Shown here piece by piece: positions 60,911 to 64,000 of a stretch of 64,000 nt of DNA (within the stretch, counting starts at the first letter, position 1; the number at the start of each line of letters is the position of its first letter). Both the position numbers and the translations under genes were made by a program. The notes beneath the pieces were generated by a model that was given only the letters and a program-made list of their open reading frames with translations, was not told the origin of the DNA and did no database searches. This DNA is from Podarcis pityusensis (lineage: Eukaryota), in NCBI GenBank assembly GCA_964106645.2, contig OZ067042.1; one strand, given 5' to 3'.

Positions 60911-63157
60911 TCCAAGTCTTTTAAATAGAGCAAAATAAATAAAGCATCTTGGGGGGTTGTTTTATAGTTCAGTACTCTAAAATTACAAACAGCATTTTAT
61001 AGCATCAGTAACGATTTCCCTGTTCGCCCACATGGGCCAGACTATATTTCTAAGTAAACAGGCTTCCAGTGCACTTGGTAAGAAGTAAGAACACAGTCTG
61101 TTTCTTCATATTAATCTGGGCCTGGATAGTTGTCTGTCTTGCATAATAATGCCCAGCACTTTTTGAAGCTCATGGTGGGGTCTTTCTCCGCCGTGGGAAG
61201 TAGGCTCTTCCCAGTTCATTGTCTGCACAATTTATACTTTCCTTTTGCTAACTTGCAGCCTATTGCACAGATAGCATTTGTGGAATGCAAATGTAGCACC
61301 CCTCCCTCACTGGGCAAGGTGGAATAATGCAGGCAAGCCATGCAGGTGCAGCGTTTGAGGGCCATTATAGCTACGATTCTGCTGCTGCAGAAACCTTAAT
61401 GCATCTCACTCCAGCGCAAGAGGAGGCAAGGCAAATGTGCCACTAATTAGACTCCTGAGGCCTCCAGTCGGTGCCGTGGCTTCGTGCAAACTGGTTATTA
61501 ACATGCTTATTTGTGTGCTGATCGGTAGAGCCAGAGGAAGAAGACCAAGTGGAGGAAAACAGGCTGTGTTTAGCTGTTCAACCCTTTATCCTGTTTGGGA
61601 GCCCAGCAGCTGCTATTAGAAGGCTAAGAGTGGCAAAGGAAGATTCCCTGGTTGGCAATGAGAACAAGTTTGGGAGGTTGGGAGACCCAAGACAGCAGGA
61701 TTTATTAGTGTGCAGTACAGAATCCTGGCTGTGATTAATCTATGGCACACCTGCATTTTGTTTTATGAAATGAAAGAGTGTGTGCATTTCAGAATAGCAC
61801 AAGGGAACCTCCCTGCTGCATTATAAGCCATTACAGAGTCTTTTTGAAATTCTGGATTTGTTTCTCTGCTTGCATCCGAAATCATTCTTGTTGTGTATGA
61901 AGCATTGGCTTCTTTGCTTGTGAAATTTTGGTTGCAAGAAGCAGCGTTTGTGCTCTGGGGAAGCTCCCCTAAAAGGCTTGGCTTCCTCCGTTAGAAGGAG
62001 TTTGGTGCTTGGAGTTAGCAGCCAACTGCCTAAAGGTGCCACAGCCAGAAAGAACATGGCATTGGCCAGGCCGTTTCAACAGCGTGCTTTAAACAGGCTG
62101 CCATCGTTACTGGAGTGTAAAGGAAAGAAACCTCAGGGATGGCAGCATGGCTCTCCATCAGGTCAACAGATGGAGCTCTATTTTGGTTTGGACTGTTTGT
62201 GCAACTCTTGAGTAATTTCGGTAGTATTTGACAGCAGCTTTGCAATACTGGAATTGGCCTTTCTGTGGCTCAATTCCTGCCCCCCCCCCCAATCCCTCTA
62301 CTTGGTGTCGTGCCCAGAGCAGCTCATGGATCTGTGCACATAAGGTCTGATGTTCCATAGAACTGTTTTGCGCTCCACTATTGTGCTGACAGACAATTCA
62401 GAATTAATAAAATGTATATGGTACAGATCTTGCAGCAGGATGCAAGGGAGCGGGGGGGAAACAGAAAAGAAAAATGTCGTACACATTGAATGCTAAGGCC
62501 AAACAGAAATCTGAAGTGGTTGCTTTCTGCATACAAGTATGTTTTGCCATGAAGGAACACAAACGATTGTACTGCCTGTTCCCCCCCTCCTTTGAATGTT
62601 TGAGCTGATGCTAAATCCTCCTCCCACACAAGTGTCAGGTGGAAGAGATGCCGCTTCTTGGTGGTTGCCTAAGTGATGTGGACTGTTTCATCTTCTCCCC
62701 CTCCAGGTAATACAAAGCTTACACTTTGGGGAAGGAGCCAAAGGGCAGGAGAGCAGTGGCACTCATCCCACAGCTCTCGGCCAAGGATGAGCAGCTAGCT
62801 GGTGGGAGCAGGAAAAGCACCTGGAGCATGAGACCCTGCAGAAGGCAGGGAATAGTCAGGAGCAGGAGGAGCTGCCACCACATTAACATTGGTAAGCTGA
62901 CTGCCAGGAGAAAGCCAGCTCAGCCTGTCAGCTCACCTTAATCACCAACACTCAGATTAAACTCCAGCACACACAAAACAAGAAGGGGAAATCTGCCCCC
63001 CAAGAATCTGGGGAATCCCTGTTCCCTCACTAACCAATACATCCACAACATAAATAAATCGGGATAAACAAAAATAAATAAATAAATAAATAAACGAACT
63101 GTGGTCTTCATATTCAAGTCAACCCCTCTATTAATCTAAGCACTATAAGGCCTAGCA

Positions 63158-63480
63158 CATGGGTAGGCAAACCAAGGCCCGGGGGCTGGTTGCGGCCCAA
63201 TCGCCTTCTCAATCCGGCCCGCGGACAGTCCGGGAATCGGCGTGTTTTTACATGAGTAGAATGTGTCCTTTTATTTAAAATGCGTGTCTGAGTTATTTGT
63301 GGAGCCTCCCTGTTGTTTTTACATGAGTAGAATGTATGCTTTTAGTTAAAATGCATCTCTAGGTTTTTGTGGTGCATAGGAATTTGTTCATTTTTATTTT
63401 TTTCAAAATATAGTCCGGCCCCCCACAAGGTCTGAGGGACAGTGGACCGGCCCCCTGCTGAAAAAGTTTGCTGACCCCTG
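63158..63480 (+). mobile_element. Non-autonomous hAT (Charlie group, OposCharlie1-like) element
   Basis: Termini CATGGGTAGGCAAAC...GTTTGCTGACCCCTG, subterminal GGCCC repeats, and degenerate 8 bp flanks GCCTAGCA/CCCTAGTC sharing CTAG. Confidence 0.8.
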
Positions 63481-64000
63481 CCCTAGTCACTTGAGGCACA
63501 AAAAGAATGGATTTGCTTGGATAATGCTAATGTCACATTTTGAGTTGCGTTTTTTTGTTCTGCTTCCATGACAGCAAGAATGCTGTGTTAAAGCTGTGTG
63601 AGGCAAAATATACATATGTGAAAAATGTGTAACTTGTAGCCTGATGGCTTTTCTTGAAGGAGAAAAACAGCTTCCAGAGAGCGAGCAAGTAGGGGTAGAG
63701 AAGCAATGAATAAGGAGGGGCACTTAACTCTTTTCTCACCTGCCATTTCCTTGCTCCAAATTTCCCCCAAACAGCTTCCCCACTCCCACACACACATCAA
63801 GGTTTCAAAAATGGGTTGTTGCACCAATGGGGTGCCCAAAGATGCTGTCCTTCTGGACATCCCTGACATCCCCAATCCCTACCAAAAGAAGCTTCGGAGC
63901 CCAAGAGCCTTCAAATCAAGTATCCCATAGGAATTAAGAGGTTTGAAAGCTCACCCAACTTAAAGAGGGGTGTCTAGGCTTCATATCAGACCCTGGCACT

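Overview
Vertebrate (squamate, most likely lacertid lizard) genomic DNA. The organism call comes from Podarcis-type Sauria SINEs plus CR1, L2, RTE and hAT repeats. The + strand carries the 3' end of ARMH3/C10orf76: the tail of a long intron, the penultimate coding exon (12319-12435), the last coding exon (14385-14477) and a 3' UTR to about 15.3-15.6 kb. A ~21 kb spacer follows, then the CpG-island promoter and first coding exon of KCNIP2 (37614-37686), whose intron 1 runs past the end of the window. This matches the human 10q24 gene order. The six-frame ORFs are essentially noise: the real exons are too short to appear on their own in the track. I found no new gene or new multi-gene system. 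The best leads are regulatory and unproven: a hairpin that hides the proximal ARMH3 poly(A) signal and makes it bidirectional, candidate poison exons in ARMH3 and KCNIP2 introns, an inverted double E-box and a G-quadruplex at the KCNIP2 promoter, two CTCF-like sites, a tail-less internal RTE fragment, and an OposCharlie1-like hAT MITE. Gene and repeat names come from recalled sequences, not from searches.
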